This document shows positions 37,501-51,300 of a DNA stretch of 64,000 nucleotides, piece by piece. The position numbers were made by a program, and so were the translations under genes. Each line of letters begins with the position of its first letter. The first letter of the stretch is position 1. Location: positions 1-64,000 of the forward strand of contig NIVC01003376.1 of the NCBI GenBank assembly GCA_002269645.1. The letters run 5' to 3'. A model generated the notes under the pieces. That model was not told the DNA's origin and searched no databases. It worked only from the letters and a program-made list of their open reading frames with translations. Source of the DNA: Macrostomum lignano (lineage: Eukaryota).

Positions 37501-40500
37501 TATAAGATACAATGCCACAACAGAATATAGGGCATCACCTATTTTTGTATGTTTCCTAACGAATTCCCTTGAAAAAAAAAGAAATTTCCCCTTGGATTTT
37601 AATCCAAATTCAATTTACTAAGCTTGGTAAATTATTTAGTAAAGTAATTATGACATATTCTCCATAACTTTACACTGTACTACTACATTTAATACTTCTA
37701 ATTCCTAACTATAAAAGCTGGCCTTCCCTAACCTGAATAACACAGAGTGAATAATCTGCACCCAGATCTTCAGTCAAAAATAAATAGAAAACATAACGCG
37801 GAATAGTCAGAAAAGGGCGTTAAGGCTGTTAGAAACCTAAAGTGCCAAAATCACCCACTAGCTAGCTATAGCGTCACCGGGCCCATGCACGGTGTTCAAC
37901 TAACACAGGGAAAAATCAATTTCACGAGCTACAATCTCTCTCTCTCTCTCCCTGCCCGTTGCCATATAGATTATGCGATTGTGCAATTTTTCCCATTGGG
38001 TGACAGGCCACTCTGTCTCTTCAGGCCTGTTTCCCACTCTCTACCCCCACAAACCCGTCTTTCTCCCTAGCCAGCAAGACAAGAGGGAGCAGCAAAAAAG
38101 GAAGGGTTGTTTTGTAGCTCGACTTATATTCTACACGACCGCGAGCCCGAAAATATAGCGCAAGGCCAACGCCCATTACACTTATACACATACGAGTAAT
38201 GTAGTATTCACATTTTCTAGATATTAGTACACTTGAGTGAATTTGAGTGTACGCAGACTAGAAAGAGGTCTGGTGTACACGTATGCACGCAAATACACGC
38301 CATACTAATTGCACTTATATCTTTCCTTATGCTAAACATGGGCAGTTGAAGTAGAAGAACGCGCTACCGTCGCGAGTAAAGAACGCGTATCTGTCGTATT
38401 GCCAATTGCATTTAGTGCGCTCTAGAGAGAACGCATAGCGTTTAATGAGGTTTAGCCATAGACAAGTTCGGTCGAGCAAAATGCCCCCAGCTCATCTCTA
38501 AGAAAATGGAGCACCGTCTACCTCTACCTTCAGCTGAATATATGGTGCTAAATTTGGAAGAAATAGTGTGAATCTTCACAAACAAAAAACCAAGTAAAGA
38601 ACTAAGAAGGACAATAAATCGTAAACATAAATAGACAGGAAGGAGTTGAATGGCCGCAATAAAACGAACAAATAAACCAGAAAAACAATTTGCCAAAAGG
38701 TAAACAAAGCTGGCTTAGGGAATTGTTTTGAAGAACTTTGTACTCGTAGACTTCAAAAGACAAAAGGCTTTGGGGGGTTTACTGATTTGATGAAATAAAT
38801 ATCCCTGCGGTATCAGCTCACATTCGCTGGCATCATCACGCAATCAACGGTGAGGCAATTTTGACCATTCTGTGCACTCATACACACGCTCACAGCGGCC
38901 CTTTGACTTTCTAATCGGTCAGGCATGTACCTCTCTGTGTCTTGAGGCCTTAGGGGTTGGCCCCTCCCGCCCAACGCTGCTCTGCCATACGCAACCATAA
39001 AGTATAAATATTGGAAGTTTGGAATTGAAGAAACAATTGTCAATCATGCTTGTCAGATTTCTTGATGAAAACAATTAGCGGGGTAAAACCTCAAAACGAA
39101 AAGGGTCAGCACAACAGCTTGACCTCTCTGAATCCTTGGATGCTGCAAGCAGACTGTTTCTATCCCAATTTTATTGCAGAACTGCAGCACAGAAAAAACA
39201 GAACAACAGAAGCTTTCTAGTTCTAGCCAAACAAAAACAGTGCATTTTGGCTTGCGGCCCAAAATCCAGACTTGGTGCAGCTGCAACCTGCAGGCTCCCC
39301 GCTGCGCGAGGGGCTGGTATGGAGCTGCGACGGGGATCTAGCCACAAGAATGTCTAAATAGAACTCTGTCTGACTGCAGTTTCTGGGTCATGATTTACTA
39401 AATTCATCACATGGACAGCTAAATCGGATGTTTTCTCCACCGATTTTGTCTATGGCAAAACCCCATTAAGCGCTATGCCAAGGAAGCTTCTATGGTCGCT
39501 GCGGTCATAGAGGTTTCCCTGGCTATGCGTTCTCGAGAACATACTAAATGCGACAAATTATCGTTCCTTAAAACGCCTCCATCTCATCTCTAAGAAAACT
39601 GAGTGTAGAATCCATCTTTCTTTCTTCTTCTACTTGAGTAGTCCATAGGGGCGTCGCCACCGGGGGAGGGACAAGGGGGACATGTACCCCCCCCCAGTAA
39701 AAGCTATGGGGGACATTACAATGCTTTGTCCACCAACCCCACCTTGTGACCCGTTGTGGAAATCAATAATTTTGTTTCTGGGCACTTAAATATAGCCCCT
39801 GCGGCGCTAGAATGAGTACCTGTGGCGCTAAAATGAGTGCCTGTGGCGCTAAAATGAGTGCCTGCGGCGCTAAAATGAGTGCCTGTGGCGCTAAAATGAG
39901 TGCCTGCGGCGCTAAAATGAGTGCCTGTGGCGCTAAAATTAGTGCCTGTGGCGCTAAAATGAGTACCTGTGGCGCTAGAATCAGTACCTGTGGCGCTAAA
40001 ATGAGTGCCTGTGGCGCTAAAATGAGTGCCTGCGGCGCTAAAATGAGTGCCTGTGGCGCTAAAATGAGTGCCTGCGGCGCTAAAATGAGTGCCTGTGGCG
40101 CTAAAATGAGTGCCTGTGGCGCTAAAATGAGTACCTGTGGCGCTAGAATCAGTACCTGTGGCGCTAAAATGAGTGCCTGTGGCGCTAAAATGAGTGCCTG
40201 CGGCGCTAAAATGAGTGCCTGTGGCGCTAAAATTAGTGCCTGTGGCGCTAGAATGAGTGCCTGTGGCGCTAAAAGTGGGTGCCTGCGGCGCTAAAATGAG
40301 TGCCTGTGGCGCTAAAATGAGTGCCTGTGGCGCTAAAATGAGTGCCTGTGGCGCTAAAATGAGTGCCTGCGGCGCTAAAATGAGGGCTGAAAACACCGAC
40401 TTTCAAAATAATTTACACATAGGAATTTAGTCATGTACTAGTATTCTAAAAATGAAAAAATTCTAGTATTCTAAAAATTAATAAAATTGTATATCTAAAA

Positions 40501-43500
40501 TTCTTTGCTCTGCCCCCCCCCCCACCATAAAATCCATCGCGACGCCCCTGGTAGTCCATAAGTAATTATCGTCTGTGAGTAAAACAATCATTTAATTCTG
40601 GGCTAACACACTTATGAAGCTAATATTGATTTTTCTACATCAAACTTCTTTGATGTCTAGTTCGAAAAAAATTGAAATATTGAATAATAATTGAAACTGC
40701 ACGGTCTGTTTGCTTCTGCTTCTGGTGCTTTAAGTCTTCTTGGCTTCGGCAAAGCAGAGGGCAGCGAAGGACAAGCAAATCTTGCAAATCCAGATTCCCC
40801 CAAACCTTGCACCGACCGCTGCTTTCCCTCCTGCCTTCCCAATCAGGCAAATCAAGATTCGGACAGAGCCAAACCAAAATCCACCAGCTGTTTGGGCCAT
40901 GCAGTTTCCCAACGCAGTGAACTTGACTAAAACTTGACTTATACATACTGCGTATACTGTTAGCCCCTATATAGAAACAACTTCTGCCTTAGAACTGCGG
41001 AGCTTGAAGCTGATGGAAGCAAAGGCCACAAAAAATTAGAACCTTAAAGCAAAAAAAAAACGATTTTCAAGGACTTTGTTTATCATGTATATTGATGAGC
41101 TAAAAGATGCATTTAAAAACTCTTTCAAGTCCGTTTTCTTTCTATCAGAACTACACACGTTACAGTATTGTAGGGTTTATCTGGCGGCAGCCCAGTTAAT
41201 TATGCATGGTAACAGGGTGCATGTGGAAGAATTAGCACGCTGTAATAAACGTGTACCTAATTCTTGTTAAGGACTCTTTATTTCAAGCCGGGTGAAGAAT
41301 TTACTCTCTATGCTCGCTTTTGCAATCAACCAGATTAGGATCTAGCTTAAAAATACGTTTGAAAAGAGTACTTTTTCAGAATCATAATGAATAAATTAGA
41401 TGGAAGCCAAATAGAAGGAAATATAGAGAAGTCGGAAGCAACCTGGATGCACCAGAGATAAACTTTTAAATGAACCGGAATCAAACTTGATGAACCGGAA
41501 TCAAACTTGATGAACCGGAATCAAACTTGATTAACCGGAATCAAATTAGATGAACCGGAATCAAACTTGATGAACCGGAATCAAACTTGATGAACCGGAA
41601 TCAAACATGATGAACCGGAATCAAACTTGATGAACCGGAATCAAACTTGATGAACCGGAATCAAACTTGATGAACCGGAATCAACTTGATGAACCGGAAT
41701 CAAACTTGATGAACCGGAATCAAACTTGATGAACCGGAATCAAACTTGATGAACTGGAATCAAACTAGATGAACCGGAATCAAACTTGATGAACCGGAAT
41801 CAAACTTGATGAACCGGAATCAAACTTGATAAACCGGAATCAAAATTAATGAACCGGAATCAAACATGGTGAACCAGAATCAAACTTGATGAACCGGAAT
41901 CAAATTTGATGAACCGGAATCAAACATGATGAACCGGAATCAAACTTGATGAACCGGAATCAAACTTGATGAACCGGAATCAAACTTGATGAACCGGAAT
42001 CAAACTTGATGAACCGGAATCAAACTTGATGAACCGGAATCAAATTTGATGAACCGGAATCAAACTTGATGAACCGGAATCAAACTTGATGAACCGGAAT
42101 CAAACTTGATGAACCGGAATCAAACTTGATGAACCGGAATCAAACTTGATGAACCGGAATCAAACTTGATGAACCGGAATCAAATTTGATGAACCGGAAT
42201 CAAACTTGATGAACCGGAATCAAACTTGATGAACCGGAATCAAACTTGATGAACCGGAATCAAACTTGATGAACCGGAATCAAACTTGATGAACCGGAAT
42301 CAAACTTGATGATCCAGAATCAAACTTGATGAACCGGAATCAAACTAGATGAACCGGAATCAAACTTGATGAACCGGAATCAAACTTGATGAACCGGAAT
42401 CAAACTTGATGAACCGGAATCAAACTTGATGAACCGGAATCAAACTTGATGAACCGGAATCAAACTTGATGATCCAGAATCAAACTTGATGAACCGGAAT
42501 CAAACTAGATGAACCGGAATCAAACTTGATTAACCGGAATCAAACTTGATGAACCGGAATCAAACTTGATGAACCGAAATCAAATTAGATGAACCGGAAT
42601 CAAACTTAATGAACCGGAATCAAACTTGATGAACCGGAATCAAATTAGATGAACCGGAATCAAACTTGATGAACCGGAATCAAACTAGATGAACCGGAAT
42701 CAAACTTGATGAACCGGAATCAAACTTGATGAACCGAAATCAAATTAGATGAACCGGAATCAAACTTGATGAACCGGAATCAAACTTGATGAACCGAAAT
42801 CAAATTAGATGAACCGGAATCAAACTTGATAAGCCGGAATCAAACATGATGAACCGAAATCAAATTAGATGAACCGGGATCAAACTTGATGAACCGGAAT
42901 CAAATTAGATGAACCGGAATCAAACTATATGAACTGAAATCAAATTAGATGAACCGGAATCAAACTTGATGAACTGGAATCAAACTAGATGAACCGGAAT
43001 CAAACTTGAAGAACCGAAATCAAATTTGATGAACCGGAATCAAACTTGATGAACCGGAATCAAACTTGATGAACTGGAATCAAACTTGATGAACTGGAAT
43101 CAAACTTGATGAACTGGAATCAAACTAGATGAACCGGAATCAAACTAGATGAACCGGAATCAAACTTGATGAACTGGAATCAAACTAGATGAACCGGAAT
43201 CAAACTAGATCAATGTGGAGCAACCTGAACTAAAAGAAATGAAAATCTGACAATCAGAAACAGAACCATAAGATAGAGTTGGTTGCAAACTGAAGAAACC
43301 CCGATACGATAAACAAAACAGACAAGGCTAATATTCGTGACACTCACTCGTCCATCAAATTGCTTCTCTTTGGATAGCGCATAGTTCAGTGCGCTGAGCC
43401 AGGCCTCTAGCAGGGCTGGAGCGCCGCTTCTATTCAGAAACAGCCAAGCAACCAGAGTGTTGAGCCAGCAGCAGGACTCTGCGCTTGATGAGTTCGGTTC

Positions 43501-43821
43501 AATCAACTCGTCGATGGAGCTCAGCGGCCCATTCTGCTGAACAGGCGGAGTCTGTTTGGATCGCAGAAGCACTGGCGTCACGTGCTGGCTCTCCTGTTTC
43601 TTATTGCCAACCGTCTGTTTCTGTTGTTGCTGCTTTGGATGAACCAATTCGTAGATAAAATTGATTATGACAACGGCGAGAATGCCGAATAGGCACCAGC
43701 CGACAAACAGCAGGTCAAGGACGTCTAATTTAGCCAGATCTGTACCGGCCAGTTGTTCCGACGTACTATTATAGAGTTCGTTCAGCCGGTACCAGATGAG
43801 TCGCATTGTGATGTCGGCCAT
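22530..43821 (-). CDS. C2CD2: C2CD2/C2CD2L (TMEM24)-like TM-SMP-C2 lipid-transfer protein, ~11 exons
   Basis: Exons 43821-43348, 35905-35816, 33102-33004, 31702-31214, 29767-29496, 29123-28606, 28034-~27835 (donor unresolved), 27384-27153, 24614-24246, 23501-23445, 22627-22530. N-terminal TM (LLFVGWCLFGILAVVII), SMP-like ESCCWLNTLVAW..GDTPP, C2 (PFACVELDEP..NPYWDQ..VFDR..LLG). Phases consistent except after exon 7. Confidence 0.82.
22678..23100. repeat. 31-bp minisatellite (gtcggtctgtttgatctgagatggggttgat), last intron of C2CD2-like gene
   Basis: Direct reading. Confidence 0.92.
23560..24240. repeat. 50-bp tandem repeat, ~13 copies, abutting the exon 9 donor
   Basis: tatctgtaaatgtctatggcctcactcggctatgctggacacagatgcaa repeated. 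Confidence 0.95.
26459..26628. mobile_element. 170-bp hAT-type MITE
   Basis: Termini caggcgcgtcgcca / tggcgacgcccctg; flanks gtttattc / gttcattc (8-bp TSD, 1 mismatch); right end shared with 39646-40550. Confidence 0.75.
30066..30280. repeat. Degenerate ~40-53-bp tandem repeat with conserved core tcgttgagag, 5 copies
   Basis: Core at ~30066, 30119, 30171, 30223, 30262; intervening parts partly similar to each other. Confidence 0.7.
31770..32510. repeat. ~32-bp minisatellite (actaatcgatgaggtaccaaatcgatctacttg)
   Basis: Direct reading; C2CD2-like intron 3. Confidence 0.9.
33235..35635. repeat. 16-bp minisatellite (ccagtgtctcaaccac), ~150 copies
   Basis: Direct reading; C2CD2-like intron 2; source of the SQPPSVSTT pseudo-ORFs. 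Confidence 0.97.
36255..37350. repeat. 24-bp minisatellite (accacctcaggatggaagctactt) with 20- and 25-bp variants
   Basis: Direct reading; C2CD2-like intron 1. Confidence 0.95.
39646..40550. mobile_element. hAT-type MITE with perfect 8-bp TSD, carrying an internal 21-bp tandem array
   Basis: TIRs taggggcgtcgc / gcgacgcccctg; TSD gtagtcca at 39638-39645 and 40551-40558; array gcctgtggcgctaaaatgagt at ~39797-40385. Confidence 0.9.
41470..43210. repeat. 20-bp minisatellite (gaaccggaatcaaacttgat), ~87 copies
   Basis: Direct reading; C2CD2-like intron 1. Confidence 0.97.
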
Positions 43822-44157
43822 GCCGGTGCTTGGTTCAACAATGACGGAAGAAGAAAAATCAGAGCAAAACAAAATCTCGAACAAGAGAAGACTTTTGCTC
43901 TTCTCTCAATAGGAGGCGTTGCTAAATAAAATCTATCCAGTCATGTTTGCGGAGAAATTGCGAAAAAATGGATTTCTATAGCCGTTGAGTTCTTATTGCA
44001 GGTCTTCTCATGCGGTGTAGCTTGCCAGGGAAAAGCTGAAATATTTCAAGCTATTCTAGTATCGGTTATTGGAAAATTAGAAAGCTCTTCTGCTATAAAC
44101 GCCTACAATTTTGTTTAAATAAGCTCGCCGGGGATGTAACGGACTGCATGGGCATCG

Positions 44158-44217
44158 ATTGGCCGATGCGAACATTTTTGTCCACGCCTCATTGGCCACG
44201 GTTTGGCTTGGAATTGG
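44158..44217 (-). promoter_or_regulatory. Possible CCAAT-box cluster upstream of the C2CD2-like start
   Basis: ATTGG at 44158, 44191 and 44213 (first spacing 33 bp), ~340-400 bp upstream of the ATG. Motif-only evidence. Confidence 0.3.
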
Positions 44218-47200
44218 GCGTTACGCACGCGTTTACGCGCAGAGCATAGAAATGCAGGCAAGCGCCATTGGGTCTGGGCAAATAGAGGGACTTAGCTTAA
44301 TTCGTAGATAAGAGATTGCGTATAGAGCATATACACGGGTTGGATAAAGGAACGATAGAGATTCTGTTACCTCTTTAGTGTTTAGCCATAGCATGACTAA
44401 AATTAGACACAATTCCTTTGCCAAGGCGACTTCATTCTGCATTATGTTTAGCTGCGTGTGTCTGTGGGTGTGTGGGTGTACACGTTCTGGCTCTGGTTTG
44501 ATCTTGTCCATTGGAACTGATAAGAGTGCCGATTATCACAGGTCGACGTACGATGGGGCCAATTAGTCATTATAATTCAGTCAGCTAAATGCCCACATTG
44601 TTGGACATCTCTAAAGATAGGCGGCTAGCAAAGTATTGAATGTCAACTTTGGGCGTCACTTCATCTCAGTTAATTTCTGATTAATCATTACAAGATTTTT
44701 ACGAACTTATGATTCGCCACAAGATGCTGTTTACTTATACTGCTGCAAAAGCTGTACACTGCAACAGGTCTGTTTTTTATGGTAAAATCTCAAAACGATG
44801 CTAGTATTCTATCATAAAATTTTACTGATACGCGAGCCTTGTTATGGCTACAAGTAGTAACATTTATGTATGATTTAAAATAATAATTTATAAGTAATAT
44901 ATTCTTCGGAATTCAATACCAAATTTCTTAATTACTGAATAGAAAGCATTAGGCCTGAGAAATATAAATGTTTATCCAATGTTGCCATTTTTAATTTATA
45001 ATATTTATGATTGGAAAGTTACTTATTTTAATCAATATGACCATAGTTTTATTGCCTTAAGTAAAATATTATAAATAAAACATTGCATACAGATTGTACC
45101 AGTGTGTTGTAGTTTAACTTATTTGCACCTTATATAGTTCAATCACAAGAAACTTAATTGACTGACTGTTAAACTTAAGTCTAGTCTGATAAAGATGCAT
45201 AATAGATAAGAAAGTTTTATGTTTTCAATCAATGCAATCCAATGGGTTACTAGCTATATCTAAATTGAGAAATATATAAAGTACAATAATAGGGCCAAAA
45301 GTGCAACATTGAGTGAACCTCCACATAGTTTAATATTGACAAAACAAATCAAAATTAATACCATAAGTTCAAATTATACTAATCTATTCTCTAGTCTGGA
45401 TTAGATGCAAGATAGATATGAAGTGATGCTATGAATGATTCCTAGCTGACAAAAAGAACAATACAAGGTACAATAAAATCGGATTTAAGATTTGTCTATA
45501 TACCTCATACATAAAAATAGTTGGGTAAAGGTAAAGCTTCTTGTGATTTTAATTCAGAAATCCTGAGAGAGTACGAGTATGGCAAGGTCTATATTAAGTA
45601 AGCCTAACACTAACATTAAGAGCCCTATCATTCGCAAAAAATCAATTAAAGCAAATGGAGAGAAAAGTCGCTGAACTAAACGAAAAAATCCTGATTTTTT
45701 CTTTTCGCAGAAAAGCGAGAGGATCACAGTAAAGGTCCAAAGCAATTTCATTTACAATAACAACAAGAAGTCTACAAGTACGAAGTACGACGATTATATT
45801 TTAAAAGCTGCCTTTTTGAGCAGGTTAAATTTAGTACAACGCTTTCTTAAACCTAGCATGCCGACAAAAACAGTCTATATTACCAGTAATTATAGTTTAA
45901 AACAGTTAATTTATATAAATTTTAGTGTTAATTCAACGTTTTTAGGCTAAATGCTTTAATATTTACTTATAATGAGCGTAATAAACAAAGTTACGGCCCG
46001 GAGCAGTTTTGCGTTAATTTTTATCACAGTGCGCATGCACTTCGCATTAAGTCTAGAAAATTTTGCATAACACGCACCCTACGCATGTCTAGTTTAGGTG
46101 CCCAGCCAGGTCAAAAAATCTAGCCATATATAAATCCTTAGGAACCATTAGACCTCCAAATACTATGCATGTACTCCATGGGTGATCAATGAACTGTCGG
46201 TGACTCCTTGAGTTAAGTTCAAATGACTAATGACGTGAATAACATAAATACATAACTAAGCTATGCCTAATATTCTAGGCCTACACGTCACTAGTCTTCC
46301 ACTTGGCAGTACTGATGTGTATGTACGAACAAGGCTACTAGAGTTAATTAGTAAAATATTGCTAGGGAGTGGAATTTTAGATAAAAAACTTACATCTTAA
46401 AAAATATAAATCTACAATCAAGAAGTCAATTTTCAAGAGGACTTAAATAGGGCGATAGCCCTAAGACAAGATCAAGATAAGGGCTAAGATCTTTTTGACC
46501 TCTTTATTAGGTAGGCCCCTATTCATTACTATTGTTTAGCCTGGAGTCCTAGACCTAGAGATTCCAATGTGATTTTTGAGTTATTTTTATTTAGTAGGCC
46601 TAGGCCTAGCTAGGGGCTAGGGCTAGGCCTAGGCCTACTATTTTTCCATTTTATTCAAGTCTCATTAAAAGATAAAAGTAGGCTAGGCCTAAAATTAAAA
46701 AGATAGGCCTACTTTAGTCTTTACTTTTGAAAATTAGTAAATGCCTTAAAAAAAGTTATACCCTACCTAGTACTAGTTATATATGGCAAGCTAACAAATG
46801 AAACAAATATAAACTAAAAGTAAAACCAATGCCATTAGGATTTAATTTCATTTTTTCTCTTATAAAGTAGGCTTAAATGCAATAGATAAGTTTATTTAGT
46901 TGTTTTCTTGACTAAAACAACAATGTTGTAGTTTGTTTTACATAATTTTTATAAGTTTATATTCATATAGGCCTAGGCTTACCATGCGGCAATGCGGCAT
47001 GCCAAATAATACTTTCTATGTTATTTGATAGTCACTTGTACAAATCTATAGTGTAAATATACTAAATCTCTAAGGTTTGTATGCTTGCTTGCTTGAATGT
47101 CCATAACACTCTAGAGAGAGCAATTCTTTATCTAAATATACTAAATCTCTAATTAATGTTCTAAAAATGAAAAAATTGCTTGCTTGCTTGCTTGTACGCA

Positions 47201-48259
47201 ATCAATTTTCTTCTGAATAGCTTAACCAATTTTATCTGTTTCTTCACCAAAAGATGTCAAATATGCCCAGTATAGTACATGCATTTTTATTAAGCTCTAG
47301 CTCATTGCTAAAGGAATTAAATCGATTTTCTCCTGAATGGCTTAACTGATTTTCTTCGTTTCTTCACCAAAAGATGTCAAATGTGCCCAGGACGGTACAT
47401 GCATTTTCATTAAGCTCTAGCTCATTGCTAAAGGGATTAAATATTTGAAAAACTGTTTTAAATGGGGTTTTTCAATGCAAATTTTATTAGCAAGAAACTT
47501 CACAGCCAATTTTAATGATTGTGCCAGAGCCAACTGATAAGAAAACTCACTCTGCCCCACTGCCTAGATAATTACTCTATTTAACTTGTGTAACCAATTA
47601 AGGGGGGTATAATAAAAATTCTGGATACTGGCAGATAGCCTACCCCAGCTAGTCCAATATACTAAAAATGAGTTGTCTGTATATGTATATATATGGGTAT
47701 GCGATTGATTTCAGAAAAAACAGCTTAATTTATTTTCTTCAAACTTGCACCATTCAATCAGAAATTTTCCTGGGGCAGTACATGCATCTTGGCTAAGAAA
47801 TTTATCAATGTTAAACAGATTAAATATTCGAAAAACATGCTCTTTTGCAGAGGTCAAAAAAATTTTCAACTTGAAATGCATTGTAAGAATACTAGAAAAA
47901 ACCTGACTGACTGAATTTCAAATCTGATAAAGATTACATCACAAGTTGAAAACAGTGCCAAAGAAATGCATATACAACTTGATTTAAATTGCGTAACCAA
48001 TACGAGCTCGTATTGCTAACTTTAATTGAGATTGATACTAGCCGACTGAGATATTGATTATGTCATAACTTTTTACTAACTGACTTGCTGTAAAATTGAA
48101 TTATAAGGGCAACAGTTCATATTCTCCAATTGAAAAGAGATAGCCTAGATGCGAACAGACTGGACTGCTAATGTAGTGACCTAGATTCGAATCTTAATAG
48201 CGCAAAATGATTTTTTTAATAAAACACTTTAAAAATGCTAAACATAAAAGAAGCGCAAA

Positions 48260-50330
48260 GTCAAACATAAAAGTAGCACCATGTCAAACATAAAAAAGCC
48301 CCACCATGTCAAATATAAAAGAGCCATCATGTCAAACAATTAAGAGCTTCCATGTCAAACTTAAAAGAGCCATCATGCCAAACATTAAAGAGACACCATG
48401 TCAAACATAAAATAGCTACCATGTCGAACATATATGTGACTCCATGTTGAACATATACGTGACTCTATGTCAAACATTAAAGAGCCACTATGTCAAACAT
48501 AAAAGAGCCACTATGTCAAACATAAAAGAGCCACTATGTCAAACCTAAAAGAGCCACCATTTCAAACATAAAAGAGCCACCATGTCAAATATAAAAGCCA
48601 ACATGTCAAACATGAAAGCCACTATGTAAGACAATAAAGAGCCACCATGTGAAGCATAAAAGAGCCACTATGTCAAACATTAAAGAGCCACCATGTCAAA
48701 CATTAAAGAACCACCATGTTGAAGATTAAAGTGCTACCATGTCAAACATAGAAGAGCCACCATGTCAAACATTAAAGAGCTATCATGTCAAACACAAAAG
48801 AGCCGCCATGTCAAATATATACTTGACTCTATATTGAACATATATGTGACACCATTTCAAACATTAAAGAGCAACCATATCAAACATAAAAGAACCACTA
48901 TGTCAAACATAAAAGAACTACTAAGTCAAATTTATACGTGACTACATGTCAAACATATACATGACTCCATGTCAAACAATTAAAGAGCCACCATGTCAAA
49001 CATAAAAGAGCTACTATGTCAAACAAATGCATGACTCCATGTCAAACATAAAAGAGCCACCATTTCAAATATTAAAAAGCCACCATGTCAAACATTAAAG
49101 AGCCACCATGTCCCACATTAAAGAGACACCATGTCAAACATAAAAGAATTACCATATCAAACATATATGAGACTACATGTCAAACATATACGTGACTCCA
49201 TGTCAAACATATATGTGAGTCCATGTTGAAAATATAAGTGACTTCATGTCAAACATATATATGATTCCATATCAAACATATACGTGACTCCAAGTTAAAC
49301 ATTAAAGAGACCCCATGTCAAACATAAAAAAGCGCTACCATGTCGAACATATATGTGACTCCATGTTGAACATATATGTGACTCCATGTCAAACATTAGA
49401 GCCACTATGTTAAACATTAAAAAGCCACCATTTCAAACAAAAAAGAAGCACCATATCAAACATTAAAGAGGCACAATGTCAAACATAAAAGAGCCACCAT
49501 GTCAAACATAAGAGCCAATATGTCAAACATGAGAGCCACTATGTAAGACAATAAAGAGCCACCATGTCAAACATAAAAAAGCCACCATGTCAAACATTAA
49601 AGAGCCACCATGTTAAAAATTAAAGAGCCACCATTTCAAAGATTAAAGTGCTACCATGTCAAACATACATGCGCAACAGTCGGCCGAGTCGGCCGATCCG
49701 GCCGACCGATTTGGCGGCCAACCAAGGGGGTCGCAAAAATGCCCACCCGAAAACTTAGTACTTAGTAGTACTAAGTAGCTGACGAGGCATTTTGGCTTAA
49801 TAAGACAGTTATAGTTACTCCTGCCGTTTACCCAAAGTTGCGTTAATTTTGCTTTCGGGTTTTTTTCATGTAAGTCGCATTTTTGGTCAAAAACTACGTC
49901 GCATTTTTGTTAAAACTAAGTCGCATGGCCGACCGAATTTCGGAGGTTGCGCATGTATGATGTCAAATATAGAAGAGCCACCATGTCAAACATTAAAGAG
50001 CTATCATGTCAAACAGAAAAGAGCCACCATGTCAAACATAGAAGAGGCTTAGAGACACCATATAAAACATTAAAGAGCCACCATGTCAAACATTAAAGAG
50101 CCACCATGTCAAAAATTAAAGAGCCACCATGTCAAACATTAAAGAGCTACCATGTCAAACATTAAAGTGCCACTATGTCAAACATATATGTGATTCCATG
50201 TCAAACATTAAAGAGCTACCATGTCAAACATAGAAGATCCACCATGTCAAACATAGAAGAGCCACCATGTCAAACACTAAAGAGCCAACATTTCAAACAT
50301 AAAAAGAAGTATCATGCCAAACAAAATGGA
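48260..50330. repeat. Degenerate ~21-22-bp satellite (aagagccaccatgtcaaacat[t]a)
   Basis: Direct reading; interrupted by the MITE at 49664-49959. Confidence 0.9.
49664..49959 (+). mobile_element. 296-bp hAT-type MITE (CATACATGCGCAAC family)
   Basis: TIR catacatgcgcaac / gttgcgcatgtatg; TSD atgtcaaa on both sides. Confidence 0.9.
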
Positions 50331-50379
50331 GCCACTATAAAGCTAAGGAAATTATTGCACTAGCTACTTGTTCTCTGGT

Positions 50380-51300
50380 GGATGCTTGCTATTTAAGGAT
50401 AGAATACTTGCTATTAGGGGGATGCTTGCTATCTGAGGGATGCTTGCTATTGGGGGGATGCTTGCTACTGGGGTAACCTGCTATTGGGAGATGCTTGCTT
50501 TTGGGGGGTGGAGGGTACTTGCTATCTGAGAGGGGGTTGCTAGATATCTATAAGGTCTCTTTGTATCTAGGTTATGCTTGCTATCTGAGGTTGCTTGCAG
50601 TCTGGGGGATGCTTGCTATCTGGGCGATGCTTGCTATCTGGGGGATGCTTGCTATCTGGGGGATGCTTGCTATCTGGGAGATGCTTGCTATCTGGGGGAT
50701 GCTTGCCATCTGGGGGATGCTTGCTATCTGGGATCTAGGGGATGCTTGCTATCTGGGGGATGCTTGCTATCTGGGGGATGCTTGCCATCTGGGGGATGCT
50801 TGCTATCTGGGGGATGCTTGCTATCTGGGCATACATGAGCAATTTCCAAAATTCGGTCAGCCATGCAACTTAGTTTTAACAAAAATGCGACATAGTTTTT
50901 GGCCAAAAATGCAACTTACATGTAAAAAAACCCTAAAGCAAAATTAATGCAACTTTGGGTAAATGGCAGAAGTAACTATGACTGTCTTATTAAGCCAAAA
51001 TGCCTCGTCAGCTACTTAGTACTACTACTTGGGTTATTTTTTTGGGTGGGCATTTTTGCGACTTCCTTGGTTGGCCGCCAAATCGGTCGGCCAGATTGGC
51101 CAACTCGGCCGACTATTGCGCATGTATGTATCTGGGGGATGCTTACAGTCTGGGGGATGCTTGCTATCTAGGGTCTGGGGGATGCTTGCTAGCTGGGGGA
51201 TGCTTGCTATCTGTAGGATGCTTGCAATCTGAGGGATGCTTGCTATTTGGGGATCAATGCTTGAATGCTGTCTGGGGATGCTTGCTGTCTTGGGATGTTT
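50380..51300. repeat. 18-bp minisatellite (atgcttgctatctggggg)
   Basis: Direct reading; interrupted by the MITE at 50830-51128. Confidence 0.9.
50830..51128 (-). mobile_element. Second, inverted copy of the CATACATG hAT-type MITE
   Basis: Reverse-complement homolog of 49664-49959; TSD tatctggg on both sides. Confidence 0.9.

Noticed and set aside
39716-40396. MSACGAK and FSATGTH repeat ORFs
   Set aside because: 21-bp array inside a TSD-flanked MITE.
40635-40946. GC-richer segment as a possible C2CD2-like exon
   Set aside because: Exon 1 joins 35905 in phase and continues the SMP domain; no convincing frame or splice pair here.
47100-47445. ~120-bp direct duplication in an AT-rich intergenic tract
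   Set aside because: Real but with no ends, TSD or coding signal; probably an old TE remnant.
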